The position numbers and the translations under genes were made by a program. This document shows positions 38,844 through 53,069 of a stretch of DNA of 64,000 bases, piece by piece. How positions within the stretch are numbered: the stretch's first letter is position 1; each line of letters starts with the position of its first letter. The notes beneath the pieces are model-generated. The model worked only from the letters and a program-made list of their open reading frames with translations. It did no database searches and was not told the DNA's origin. Source of the stretch: Octopus sinensis (taxonomy: Eukaryota); the NCBI RefSeq assembly GCF_006345805.1, contig NC_043001.1, positions 123,442,001-123,506,000 on the forward strand. The letters are read 5' to 3'.

Positions 38844-39905
38844 AAAACACGGCAAAACACGAGCAAAACAAAAAACTGTTCTCAGTATTTAAGGAAGCTG
38901 ACAAATACAAACAAGAAATCATACCACCTAATAAACATGAAGAAGAAGAAGAAGAAGAAGATGAAGAAACAACAAAAGCTATAAAACAAATGAAATCCAA
39001 ACTAAAAACAGAACAGCAACGAACCATGATAAAACGATGGCAAGAAAAGCCCCTTCATGGTAAATACTGCACTAAACTAAACGCAAAAGAAATAGACAAA
39101 GAAAAATCCCAGCAATGGTTGAGAAGCTCAGGACTCAAAGCAGAACCAGAGGGATTTTTAATTGCAGCACAAGACCAAAGCCTCCCCACCAGAAATTACA
39201 AAAAACATGTAATGAAAAGAAATATTACAAGTAACTGCAGAATATGTGGAGATGGACAAGAAACAATAAATCATATTATCTCTAGCTGCCCAGTCCTGGC
39301 TAAGAAGGAATATATTCACAGACATGACAGAGTTGGAACCTACATACATTGGAAGCTATGCCAACATTATGGAATAACAACAGAAAAAAGATGGTATAGG
39401 CACACACCAGAAAAGGTCACAGAAAACGAGAAAGCAACCATACTCTGGGATATGCCTACACACACAGATAGAGAAATTAAGGCCAACAGACCAGATATAG
39501 TTGTCAGAGATCATGAAGAAAAAAAATGCTTTTTAATTGATGTATCAATACCGGCAGATGACAACGTGTCTCTAAAAGAAATGGAGAAACTCTCAAAATA
39601 CAAAGACCTGGAAATAGAGGTAACTAGAATGTGGAATCTGAAAACAGAAACAATTCCTATCATAGTAGGTGCATTAGGCATGATAAAAAAATATTCAGAC
39701 AAATACATAACAAAAGCACCAGGACTTACAAACACATATAACATACAGAAAATTGCACTACTAGGCACTGCCCACATCCTACGCAGAACACTTTCCATAC
39801 AATAACCATCAGAGCATCACAACAAATCACAGCACATACCCAAGGCACACAGAGCTGCGCTCGGTAGTGAAGTGAAAGCACGCTATAAAAATAAAAATAA
39901 AACTA

Positions 39906-39908
<3 letters not shown>
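38844..39908 (+). mobile_element. Young 5'-truncated R4/Dong-clade non-LTR retrotransposon in (TAA)n
   Basis: Open frame from ~38856 to 39805, a ~100-nt 3'UTR, and long (TAA)n arrays on both sides. Confidence 0.92.
38990..39805 (+). CDS. R4/Dong ORF C-terminus: CCHC zinc knuckle plus restriction-like endonuclease (truncated, no RT)
   Basis: CRICGDGQETINHIISSC, RHD, NRPDIVV..LIDVSIP..KEMEKLSKYKDL. The frame stays open upstream (KHEQNKKLFSVFKEA...). Confidence 0.9.
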   Translation: MKSKLKTEQQRTMIKRWQEKPLHGKYCTKLNAKEIDKEKSQQWLRSSGLKAEPEGFLIAAQDQSLPTRNYKKHVMKRNITSNCRICGDGQETINHIISSCPVLAKKEYIHRHDRVGTYIHWKLCQHYGITTEKRWYRHTPEKVTENEKATILWDMPTHTDREIKANRPDIVVRDHEEKKCFLIDVSIPADDNVSLKEMEKLSKYKDLEIEVTRMWNLKTETIPIIVGALGMIKKYSDKYITKAPGLTNTYNIQKIALLGTAHILRRTLSIQ

Positions 39909-39958
<50 letters not shown>

Positions 39959-39979
39959 TAATAATAATAATATATAATA

Positions 39980-40023
<44 letters not shown>

Positions 40024-40084
40024 TAATAATAATAATAATGATGATGATAATAATAATAATAATAATAATAATATAATAATAATA

Positions 40085-40115
<31 letters not shown>

Positions 40116-42867
40116 TAATAAATAAATAAGTAAAAAATAAATGAAAGCATAGCTAAATAATTTTAAAAAATAATGTCGAAGTTTTATATTCAAATTGATT
40201 TTTCACTTTTTTTGCTCTGCTTGTTTTCATAATGTTGATAATTCTGTTATGTTGTCTTTGGTTTTTCTTTCCGATTTTTTTTTCTATTTCCTTTCATTTT
40301 TTAAAAAAATTATACATCATATTCACGTGTATCTGACGTTTTATGTTACTGATTGACTTTTCAAGCTGAGCCGATTACACACCGGTCACGATAACAACGA
40401 CGGTAGTTGCAACAACAACAACAGCAGCAGCAGCAAAGACAGCAACAGCAACAGCGGCAACAATAACATGAAAACAACAGCAAACGTTATTAGTATACTA
40501 ATTGCGAAGTCAACATGTAGCACGACTAGGATAGTGTTAACAAGTTTTGGCAAGATCAAAACAAAAAAAAAAGAAGAAAAGTGAGAAAATACAACGGAGA
40601 AAATACAGCGGTATCATGATGACGACGACGACGACGATGACTTTCATCATCCTCACCATCATCATCATCATCATCATCATCATCCTCATCCCCATCACCA
40701 TCATCATCATCATCATCATCATCACCACCATCATCATCCTCCTCCTCCTCCTCATCATCATCATCATCATGACCATCACCATCATCATCATCACCACCAT
40801 CATCATCATCTTCATCATCATCATCATCATCATCTTTACCACCGCCACTACCACCCTCTCTCATTATCATTCCCATCTTTATCAACATTATTGTCTCGTC
40901 ATCTTCCTCATTATTACCATCCACGCCCCTATCATCATCATCATCATCCCCCCTCCTCCTCCCGCTCATCATCATCATCATCATCAACAGTAGCAGCAGC
41001 AGCAGCAATAGCAGCAGCGCTACCAGCAACAAGAACGACGCAAAGGACAATAAAAAATGTTGATTGAAGAAAAAATATATTGCCAAAATTATATTTAAAA
41101 AACAAAATCATAATTATATATCATCGACATCTTCATTATCATTTTGTTCACCTCTTCCTGCTGAATATCATCATAACTATTAGTATGGTTTAATTTATTG
41201 CAAAAAAACCCCCCCAAAAAACAAAAAGAAAACCAAAAAGGAAAATCCCCGCCGATAATAATCATAAAACACAGCCAGTAATAGTAACAGCAAAAATAAT
41301 TTCTACCACCATCACAACAAAAGTAACGACCATGATAAAAACAAAAACATTACTGAGGAACCTTGATCAATAGATTAATTAATATATAATCAGCTTAGAT
41401 GTTAGATTTTCATACATTATCTCGTGGTCTGATGTTGTAGGTTAAGTGCATTGTGAAATTATGCGAAATAACGTTTCCTCGGACAGCCAGGAAGTCTCAT
41501 AATTTTTAGCTGGATGTGTGGGAGGACACAAAAGGGCGATGATGTGACGCTCATAATGTAAGCAAACGTGAGACTTTGTAGAAGAACTAATAATCATGAT
41601 CGAACGACGAAACCTCAACGAGATCGCTCGACTTGCAAATAATTCAAAATATTATTTAGCTGATTATTATAAAAAATGGTGTAATGTAGAGGATGGACTA
41701 ATGTTGAATATAATACAATAAATCAGAAAAAACAACAGGTGCAGGTATGGCGGTGGGTTTAAGAACTTTGTTTTGCATCCACATGGTTTCGAGTTCACTC
41801 CCACCTGGCGGCACCTTGTCCACGTGTATTTTACTGTAGGCCATAGTCACCCCATGCTTTTTGAGTGAATTTTGTAGACGGTAATAGCGTGGAAGCATGT
41901 GTATGTGTGTTTGCGTTTGCCCTTCCCTACTGCTTGAATAACGCTGTTGGTTTGTTCACACCCCTGTAAACAAATGGATCTGCAAAAGAAGCCCTTAAAA
42001 TAAATCACATATTTAAAAGACAAACAAAGTAGAGTACTGTGTTCGGCTTCTTTGACTAAACCCTTCAAGACGATGTGCCAGCATAGTCCCAATCTAATAC
42101 GTGAAGCAAATAAATTATAAAGGGACGTTCCTGGTTAAATGGTGAATAGAACTATTACATTCTCAGTACATTGAAATCTTTTCTTCAGCACGTGTGAGTA
42201 GCGGATACAGAAAACGAATTAGTATAACACGAAATAATAAATCCCTTATGATATCATTTTACATTATAGAGGGTTCATTATTCTGGAAAAATCAACGATT
42301 TTAAAAGAAATTAAAATAGACATTAAAAGTAGCAACAGAAGCCGTAAACATGAAATACCATTCTTATCTCCTTTCCCACTGTCCGAGTTCAGCACAAAAT
42401 AATCATAAAAATAAACGCTTGAAACACAAACTAGAGTGGCAATCAAACGAAAAGATTCTAAATTTATGAAGTACAACATTAACTTAATGGCATTAGAAAC
42501 ACTTGTATGGAAGTAAAAGGTTGTATAATCACGCACGAAAATCATGTTATTGTACTACAGGAAACATTCATACTTGTTATAAGGTATAGGGTAGTAGGTA
42601 ATTTAAAGGCAAAACAGTGGTTTAATATATAGAGAGACGATAAGAAATGGAGCAATTAACAGTGAGAAATGGACCATTGTTCATTATTTAATTAAGATGA
42701 GAGTATGTTTACAGCTGTTTCTGTATATCAAGCTGAGGCTAAATTTGTATTTGCCTCGTTACAGTTGATAGGCATCATCAGAACTGTTATATGGCAAAAG
42801 ATAAATAGAAGGAAAATAGTAAGAAAATATTTTCGTATGTATATATATATGTATGTGTGTGTATATG

Positions 42868-43075
42868 TTTGCGTGTCTGTTCATCCCCCAGCATCGCTGG
42901 ACAACCGATGCTGGTGTGTTTACGTCCCCATAACTTAGCGGTTCGGCAAAAGAGACCGATAGAATAAGTACTAAGCTTACAAAGAATAAGTCCTGCGGTT
43001 GATTTGCTCGTCTAAAGGCGGTGTTCCAGCATGGCCGCTGTCAAATGACTGAAACAAATAAAGGAATAAAAGAAT
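42868..43075 (+). mobile_element. SINE family B 3' half
   Basis: gacaaccgatgctggtgtgtttacgtccc.taacttagcggttcggcaaaagagaccgatagaataag. Confidence 0.85.
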
Positions 43076-43112
43076 ATATCTATCTATATCTATATCTACC
43101 TATCTGCATGTG

Positions 43113-43161
<49 letters not shown>

Positions 43162-43175
43162 TATATATATATAAT

Positions 43176-43230
<55 letters not shown>

Positions 43231-44159
43231 GCATATATAACATATAATATATACACACACACATATATATTATATATATATATATATATCTTCGCAAGCA
43301 CTCACATATACATAGTATGCATGTACACACATACACACAATGACACATACACTCATGAACATATATGAATACACTAGCACGATAACGCTTGTGAACCGAA
43401 TGGCTATTAATGATACGGATTATTGATCAATAAGAAGGTCAGCCGAGTTTGTTTCTGAGAAAATATAAGGGAAATAACTGTTATGAATATTCCTTACTGG
43501 CTCTCGGAAGAGCATCATAGCTTTAGATAGTAAGGGAATTATAATCAGTGTTACACGATTCATAAAAGTGCAAGTAAATGACCTGTTGTTTTTTTTTCTT
43601 TTTCAGAAGTCGTTTCAGTGACACTGCTCTAAATATCACTTGCGTGTTGGCAGAGTGAGGGCAATCTTTGTATGTGTGTACGTATGTATGTATGTATGTA
43701 TGTATGTATGTATGTATGTATGTATGTATGTATGTATGTATGTATACTTGAATCCTATGTCCATAATATATACATACGCACACACGTAAATACATAGGTA
43801 TATTTACATGTGCATATATATATATATATACACGTACACATATACACATACATATCAAAATGGGAGACTGGAAAAAAAATTTGGTATTATTTATTCATTA
43901 AACAGTCTTCTGTTTTGACATATAATTACTCAGCAAAAGATATTTGCTATAACTTTTCGACGCTTGTACACACGGCACACAAATATAACATCTACATAAA
44001 ACTTCGGTGTACTAGAATAAGCAGATGTGCTTCAGGAGGACACAGCTTCGATTACAAACCCATCTACACACACACACACACACACAAACACACACAAACA
44101 CACACACATACACACATACATACACACACACAGAGTATGTCTGTGTTGTGTGTATGTGT

Positions 44160-44252
44160 GAGAGAGAGAGAGAGAGAGAAAGAGAGAGGATAGAAAGGGA
44201 AAGAGAGAGAGAAAGAGAGAGAGAGAAAGAGAGAGGATAGAAAGGGAGAGAA

Positions 44253-44283
<31 letters not shown>

Positions 44284-44320
44284 AAGGAGAGATAGAGAGA
44301 TACGGGGAAACAGAGAGAAA
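44160..44320. repeat. (GA)n-rich purine tract
   Basis: Direct reading. Comparable purine or pyrimidine tracts at 30330-30620, 33700-34080 and 57130-57550. Confidence 0.9.
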
Positions 44321-45000
44321 AGAGGCATCGACGTTAGGATAGGTCTGTCACCCTAAATTATACATATACCATTGAAGGGGAAAAAAAGTGAAAATGTTGA
44401 CTTTGGTCGTATTTGAACTCAGTGCGAAGAACCAGAACTGTAAGGTAATTGTGCAACACGCTAACGACTCAACCGTTTCACCGCCATTACTGTTGTTTAG
44501 CTCAAGTAAGGCAGATGGGAGGTAACTTATCCTCAAACGAATCCGTGCCATGATTATCAAAACTTTATTTCAACCGGTCCATGTCTTGGATTATATTATC
44601 CAATATGTGACCTTCACTTATTTAAGATTTCGGAATCTGCTCTCGGAGATCTTTTGCTGCTATTTCAAGCAGCTCAAGTGATCACATCGATGTCTCTTTC
44701 ATGGTATGATACACAAAGTGAAGTCGACTGTAGCACAACACGAAAAATAGCACTTACGATCAAGTAATTAGTGAAACATGTTTCATTTGCAGCAAATATC
44801 ACGTGTTCCTAGTCAATAATAAATACCACAACGATAACAAGGGATATGGTTTAGAAATCGAAGAGAATTTCAGGACTTAATTAGTAACTTAACAGTTAGT
44901 TTTATTGTCTGGTTGGAGATTATGAAGGTAATTATGATCGCTACATCGCTACATAAGTATTGGTGGCAAGGTACATTTTTCCCTCTCTTGCTCATTCCAT

Positions 45001-45049
<49 letters not shown>

Positions 45050-46114
45050 TATATATAACATATATATAAATATGTATACATACACACACACATATATATA
45101 TATACATATATATATATATGTGTGTGCGTGTATACATAATATGTATATACATGCATACATACATATTCACATATCTTTATACTTATAGCTGTTTTCATAC
45201 GCACGTACAAATGAGTCTGATAATAAGTTATACATAATATATAGATGTATGTACATATGTATCTATATACACCTATATATACACGTGTGCATATATATTT
45301 ACATATATATCTGTATGTATGGGTATATAAATATATACATATAATTATGTATCTATGTATGTACCTATGTATATATGCATGTATATGTGTACACAAGACT
45401 GCATATACAGTATCGAGTAGCGAGCCAATGTGGCCGAGTCTATCTTGCCTCGAGCTAATAACTTTGACGTTACATTCATCCCTTCTTAGACTAGGAAATG
45501 AATAGAGAGAAGACACAAAGATAATTCAGGCCGCATTAATTTCAACTAATCTCATCCTATATTTAAAAAAAAGTAGGCCAATTATAAAATTATGACCCAT
45601 GACTTGCTGATTAACGTATAATTTGCTATCATATTATATACGCCAGGTCAATTATAGGTAAACTGTATCTACTGACATAGGACAAAACAACAATAATATT
45701 TTTAAAGCTGAACAAAAAATAGTACAAACTGATGTGGAAAGAAACATATTTAAATCGATGGACTACATTATTTGATGTTAAAAATATATGTAAAGAAGCA
45801 TAAGACAAAAGCTGACACGCTGAACTTTGAACTTAGAACATTGAGAGCAGGAATGAAATCATGCAAAGTGTTTTGCTGCCCTCTCTGGTGTGCCAGTGCC
45901 AATTTGCAGTCACCTACCCCACGAGGAATCTTCTATTTCATATAGAAGTGTTCATATAGGGGAAGACCAAAGCTCCCCTTGTGTGGGATGTGATAACGTG
46001 ACCGACTAGGCCATCAGATATCATTACACATCGCTGGTCACAATGCATTTTGCATTGTTTCAGCCTTGAAATGACCCCCACCCCGCTGGCTAGGCAACCA
46101 GCCAACATTTCTCC

Positions 46115-46250
46115 TCATCGCAAGTGGGACTGGAGCAACGTAAAACTAACTGTTTTTCTCAAGAACATAACGCGCCGCACAATCAGAGAATCGAATCCAC
46201 GATCTAGCGATCGTGAAAGCAACAGCCTAATCACTAGCTTGTGGCATGTA
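46115..46250 (-). mobile_element. SINE family C 5' part, decayed
   Basis: gactggagcaacgt...ctcaagaacataacgcg...gaatcgaatccacgatc...gcctaatcactag. Confidence 0.6.
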
Positions 46251-47157
46251 AGTATTAAAAAAGGGTGAGGAAAATTGCGGTGATCAATAAAATTTAGATA
46301 GTTTCAACTAATATAATATTATCAGACACTATAGTGATGCCACAGAAATATAGCTTGAAATTCTATTCTGTATTCTCATTAATACAGAAGATGAATGGGT
46401 GACAAGATATTCTGCTAATATTTAGTTGGGAGGATAGAGCTTATGAGATTGAGAACTGCTGTTCTGTCGGCTCGCTTGGCCAGATAGAAACAGCAAACAG
46501 ATTTACTTTACATCACACAACCCGAATGTATTAAAGGAGGAGATGATTACCTGTGTTCCTGTGCATTGGAAAAGGATGTGGTAGCCATATCGGGAATATT
46601 TTAATTGATAAGTTTGCTTAAATAAGGTTGCCACTTTCGTTTATACAAGACGAAGAATCGATTCCGAAGCGATGAGTGGTAAAGATGACATCGGCGGTAT
46701 TTGAACTCAGGCTATGGAAAGCCATAATTAAAACATACAAGTAATTAGGAACAACGCTTTAGTGACTATGTCTGTACGCCGACATATTAGTAATGAGTTC
46801 TAAGATAGCGTAAGAGCCTCTCATTATGGAGACGGTGGTATAATGACCTGTTTCGATCCCAAGTACCGTACTGGTTAATATATTTATCGCTCTTGAAAGG
46901 ATGAAAAGCATAAAATTGACCACGACGATACCAGAGAACAAAATACCAGAATGAATACCGGAAGTCGTTCAGCCAACTCATCGTCTCAAGTTCATTATGA
47001 TAACAGGAAAACAGTTACCCGCGAATGACTAGACTACTGCACGAAGGTAGATTCATCTTTCATCCACCCACTACAACGAAAAGAGCCTCGAAGATATCAA
47101 AGCGAGTTAGGTAACAGAGCGGAAAAGAATTTGATCATAAAATGTGTCTAATGAGGT

Positions 47158-47210
<53 letters not shown>

Positions 47211-48007
47211 ATAATATATTATATATAGTATATCTATCTATCTATGTATATATTATATATTGCATATATATATATATATATATTATAATATAGAGTTTAT
47301 GAAAAATGGAAAGGGCCGGTTTATGGGAATACTTTAGGTTTCTCTTCCATAAAGGGTTTAGCCAAATATATATCATATATATTATACTATACTGTATGTA
47401 TGTGTGACAACCCGCGCGAATACACACATGAACCCATCTCCATCGTGTACACCTTTCAATTGAACACAGGAGCCCTTATAACAAATAACCGGAAATATAT
47501 CATTATTATTATTATTATTATTATTATTGCTGATGTGTTTGATCTCGCTTTTGTTTTTGTTTTTACAGTTTTTGTTGTCGACATCATCGTTGTGGTCGAC
47601 ATCATGATCATGATGATGGTCATCAGCATTACCATCATCATCATCATCATCATCATATCCATCACCATCATCGCTGTCATCGCCAACACCATTTCAGAAA
47701 ATGTCGTAGACTTTATTAAATTGCCTATTTGCCTGTAAATTGTCAGCAGTACAAGAAGATTTATACTAGAAGCAATTTCATGAAATGGATATCACACATC
47801 ACACTTCATACCAATTTACCAGACTCATGGGAATATAACGTAATTCTGCTGCTGCCCCTCCCCCCTTCTCATCCTCCTCTGACTACTCCTACTTCGCCAA
47901 ACTTTCATTTCATCAAGTACTCATGTAAGAAAATTACTACTGTCAGAAGAATACAAATATATACAAACATATAAACTAGATACACGGGCGCGCACACAGA
48001 CACGTAT

Positions 48008-48038
<31 letters not shown>

Positions 48039-48178
48039 ATATAAATATTATACATACAAACACATACATATTCATATATACATTCATACTACCACGCTTT
48101 ATAGATCGTGTATGTATGTGTGTGCTTCTGTTATTTGTGTATGTATATATATATTGATATATAGTGTATATATATATA

Positions 48179-48240
<62 letters not shown>

Positions 48241-48242
<2 letters not shown>

Positions 48243-48397
48243 AAAGAAAGTCAAGGTAGAAAATGCTAAAATAATTTTATAAAAAAACATTAAGTACCGG
48301 TTTCAGTCATTGAGACTTTTTAAAGTGTAAGTATGGAAAACAATTCAATTTTGGAAAAATTAAAAGAAAAGTTTTAAAAAGAATATTTGCATAGTAT
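48241..48397 (-). mobile_element. Family P3 element with decayed hammerhead (48288-48330), flanked by (TA)n
   Basis: TTTAAAA-agtc-tcaat-gact-GAAAC-CG-GTA on the minus strand. Flanks are homologous to 16755-16917. Confidence 0.7.
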
Positions 48398-48562
48398 TAT
48401 ATATATATATATATATACATACATGCTGCATAAATGCACAAACTAACATTTAATGCATGGAATATCTATATATATATATTATATATTATATATATATATA
48501 TATAGATATATAATATTATATATATATATATATTATATATATATAATATATTATAATATACA

Positions 48563-48726
48563 ACGACGAGCTTCTTTCAGTTCCAGTCTACCAATTCCAC
48601 TAATAAGGCTTTAGTCGGCCCGAGGCTATAATAGAAGACACCTGCCCAAGGTGCTACCAGAGGAACTGAACCCGGAACCATGTGGTTGGGAAGAGGACTT
48701 CTTACCACACAGCCACTCTTGCGCCC

Positions 48727-48728
<2 letters not shown>
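48563..48728 (-). mobile_element. SINE family B 5' half
   Basis: gcttctttcagttccagtctacc...gaacccggaaccatgtggttgggaag...cttaccacacagccac. Confidence 0.8.
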
Positions 48729-48779
<51 letters not shown>

Positions 48780-49209
48780 CATACAGAGATATAAAGAAAG
48801 AGGGGGAGGGGATCTTAATAAGGCATAGACACTTCTCATTATAAAGTATTGTCTCTGAGGATACTACCTTGTTAATGTATTATTAATTTTCACATCAGTC
48901 TTTTAACTTGTTTATCGCAACTAGCCAAATCGCGAACTCTAGAAGCAGAAGAAATATCTGAATTCAATATAAGACGTATTATAGTTCAGTCTGAGCATGG
49001 ATTTAGCCAGAATAAGGCTGGACACAGAATTTTGAGATTCTTCTTGCTACAGCTGAGAGTAATTGTACAATTTCCAAGCAAAGGAAAGGAGAGGATGCAA
49101 CATCATCCCGCTCAGTTCGACATCAACACTCTGACTTGTGTGTTGGGACTGTCAAGCGGATGGTTGGTTAAAACAAACCTTTAAAGGCAACTGATGTTAG
49201 AAAGCAACT

Positions 49210-49728
49210 GCGATGCAGTCGCCCATGCGTACCAGTCTCTCCTCACCACGGTACCGATGTTGCAACTCATTTTTACATCTGAGTGAACTGGAACAACGTG
49301 AAAAAATAAGTGTCTTGCTCCTGAACACAACACACAGCCCGGTCCGGGAATCGAACTCACAACCTCACGATTGTAAACCTATTTCTTTATTACCCACAAG
49401 GAGCTAAACACAGAGGGGACAAACTAGGATAGACATAGGTATTAAGTCGATTACATCGACCCCAGGTCTTCTTCATTGTAAGCCTAGTATTTATTCTATC
49501 AGACGCTATTTGGCAACCGCTACGTTAACTAGGCATAAGATAGATACACATAAATACATACATACATGCATACATACATACATACATACATACATACATA
49601 CATACATACATACATACATACATACAGACATACATAATACATACATACATACAAATACATACATACAATACATACATACATACATACTACATATATATAT
49701 ATATAATATATAATATATATATATATAT

Positions 49729-49777
<49 letters not shown>

Positions 49778-49948
49778 TTATATGACGGGCTTCTTTGAGT
49801 TTCTGTCTACCAAATTTACTCTCAAGGCATTGGTCGGTCCGAGGCTGCAGTAGAAGACACTTGCCAAGGTGCCAACGCACTGAGACTGAACCCAAGACCA
49901 TCTGGTTGGGAAGGAAGATTCTTCCCACACAGCCACGCTTGTGCCTAT
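49210..49948 (-). mobile_element. Cluster of abutting SINE C, SINE A and SINE B segments
   Basis: C-like 49210-49378, A 3' part 49379-49465, B parts 49470-49535 and 49782-49948, separated by (CATA)n and (TA)n. Confidence 0.7.
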
Positions 49949-50470
49949 ACTTCATTGATTCTGTCACATGTTCCCTTAGAACACTTGCTATGTAAGTCAT
50001 ATGGATAATCTAAAGCGCAATGTCAAACCACGTCTAAGAAAGGATGACACTCATCTACTCGTCACAAAATATATTTTCATTCCTCCACATAAAGTTATAA
50101 AACGAGTCATTTGTAATCTGAAAAATCATCTTTGCATCTTTTAAAAATATTATATGAAAATTATATCAATATTAACATCAAATAATAACAATAATAATTC
50201 TGTTACCACCATATTACAATATAGAAATCCCTGTAGCTTTTAAAAAGGAAAATATCTATATCAATTTGGAATTAGTAAAATGATGATGTTGATGATGATA
50301 ATAATAATAGCAAATAATAATTGACATAAAAGTAATAATGATAACTGAAATAAAAAATGAAACAAATGACTTCTCTGAATGAACTACCTCATAGAATATT
50401 TATATTTGATAACAGCTATGCAAAAGACTCTATATCAGGTAATATATATCTATTATAAATGATGTATATA

Positions 50471-50526
<56 letters not shown>

Positions 50527-50974
50527 TATATATAAATGTATATATATATATATGTATGTGTATATATATATATATGTATGTGTATATATATTATACACAC
50601 ATATATAAATATTCATATACACAAATATGTTTATGAATATATATATATATGTATATGTATATATCTATATCTATATCTATCTATCTCTATCTATATATAT
50701 ATATATATAATATATATATATACATATATATATATAAATATAAAGATATATATATATATATATATATGAATTTGTAGACAAATACACATATCCTGACAAA
50801 ATATATACTTTATATAATGTATTTATAATATACATTTACATATGATATTACAATATATAAATCAGATAATCCTGTAAAATAAATATCGTGAATAAATGTT
50901 AAATATGCAAAAATTGATATATATGTAAATTCTATAAACCTGAAAAATACTTAAGAATGAATATTTCAATGGGG

Positions 50975-51069
<95 letters not shown>

Positions 51070-51079
51070 ATCTATCTCT

Positions 51080-51124
<45 letters not shown>

Positions 51125-51479
51125 TATTCTATCTGTCTATCTCTCTATCTGTCTGCCTGCCTGTCTGTCTGTCTGTCTGCCTACCTGCTTGTCTGCCTGG
51201 CTGCCTGTCTGTCTGTATATGTACATCTATACTAATTTATACGTATATATATTTGTGTGTGCATGTATATATATATATATTACACATATATATATACATA
51301 TATATCTATATACTAACTTATATATATGTACATATATATATAAATTTTTATATGAATATATAGGTAGGTAAGCGTGCATATATATATATATATATACACT
51401 AGCAGTAATACTCGTTGTTGACTGGGAAATTAGTTTTACTCGTTCATGGGTTCCACATTCAAAGTGTACAGCTCTAACA

Positions 51480-52559
51480 TTACAATTCTCAATTTTTTTA
51501 ATAGACTTTTCACCTCAAATTAATAAAACCACCTCAAATTCATGCTATTAGAAGAATTTTTAGAAGAGCTCGGAACATACAAAGAAAGACACAGATCGTA
51601 TTTCCGGATTTTCTCAGGCATTCGAATGTGTCAATACAAAAAGTTATGTTACATATACTATTGTACTAAGGAGTCCCACACATGATTTTCAAGTCAAATC
51701 CATTACTATCAGGTATGACAAAAACCCCCAGCAAGCTTTGTGCGTAGAACGTACAGTTTAAATTGCTTCCAGTAGAATCAGGGAACCTTCAGGGAGAACA
51801 CATTAGCTCCGTTTCTTTTTGTAATTGTAGAAGGATATAACCTTTAAAAGTATTAAGAACATTGACGACAAAGGGGAGCCAATGAAGATGTGAGAAGAGC
51901 GTCTTTCTGAATTTCACTATGTGTTATGCCCAAGACTTTGTAAGCACCACTTGGAAATGTAGCAACCGATGTCAGTCTGTTTCTCAAGCAAATAAACTTG
52001 TTATACAAGACTATTAACGAAAATGAACATTTACTTCCAATTTGTTTCAATAATGGAACACACTTCAAGAGTATCAGTGACTTCAAGTAATCTGACTTCT
52101 ATATTGCTGACATTAAGAAAGACTTCCTTACTCGCAAGTTCTTCGCTGGAACGCCTGCTACGACTTTAAAAAACTTTAGCAATCGAATGTTCGAAAATCA
52201 AGAAGGTTTACCTTGTTCAGGACTTATGTAGAGTGCATCCTTGTCTATGGAACGAGAACTTGGTCTATTAAGGGGATTTAAGATCGCTAAGCTAATCCAT
52301 ATAACAAGCTTCTCACGGAAACACGAAACATCTCACACCACGAGAATAAGACTAACAAGAATATTCATGAACATATTTCACCCTCTATAGAACTGTTACT
52401 CAACGCAGTGTAGGCTTCACCGACCATCGCAATTGTGTCGAAAAACTGATCATATCAGATTTTGGAGATTTGGAAAATATTAGCCGAAGACAACCCAACT
52501 ACGTGGATGTTATTGACTGAGACACACTATATAAGACTGAGATTCTATCAAAGCTAATA

Positions 52560-52560
<1 letters not shown>
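51480..52560 (+). pseudogene. Decayed RTE-clade LINE reverse transcriptase fragment
   Basis: IHAIRRIF, IVFPDF.QAFECVN, GTFRENTLAPFLFVIV (cf. GVLQGDTLAPFLFII), SDFK*...KDFLTRK and YVECILVYGTRTWSIK. Confidence 0.75.
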
Positions 52561-52625
<65 letters not shown>

Positions 52626-53010
52626 TCCCTAGCGTAGCATTCTGGAATACATTTGCGCTAGATATAATTGTGAAGATTCATGGGACTTGTCGAAACGGTC
52701 GAGCCGAATATAATGAAGGTTTTATAATATCACTCATATTGTATGTTTCTCTTATTTTTAATGTCTTAATCTCAGCGTCCTTTAAAGCCGATTAGAGATT
52801 CTATGTAGGATTATTCCAGTTAACTAAGGAAAGATGGGAATTGAACGTGATGTTACAAATCGAGCTTTAAAATTTGTGGTAGTTTTTACAAGTATGGAAA
52901 CCAAAAATCAGAATGCTGAAGATGTATGCATATTTACACACACACGAACACACACACACACACATGCTTACACGTACTCACACACACTCACACACATACA
53001 AGCACACACG

Positions 53011-53069
<59 letters not shown>

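Noticed and set aside
42735-42795. Minus-strand CTGATGA-tgcc...ggca
   Set aside because: No GAAA follows, and there is no stem I.
52660-52710. GTGAAGA...gac-tt-gtc-GAAAC-G-GTC
   Set aside because: C3 is absent and there is no stem I.
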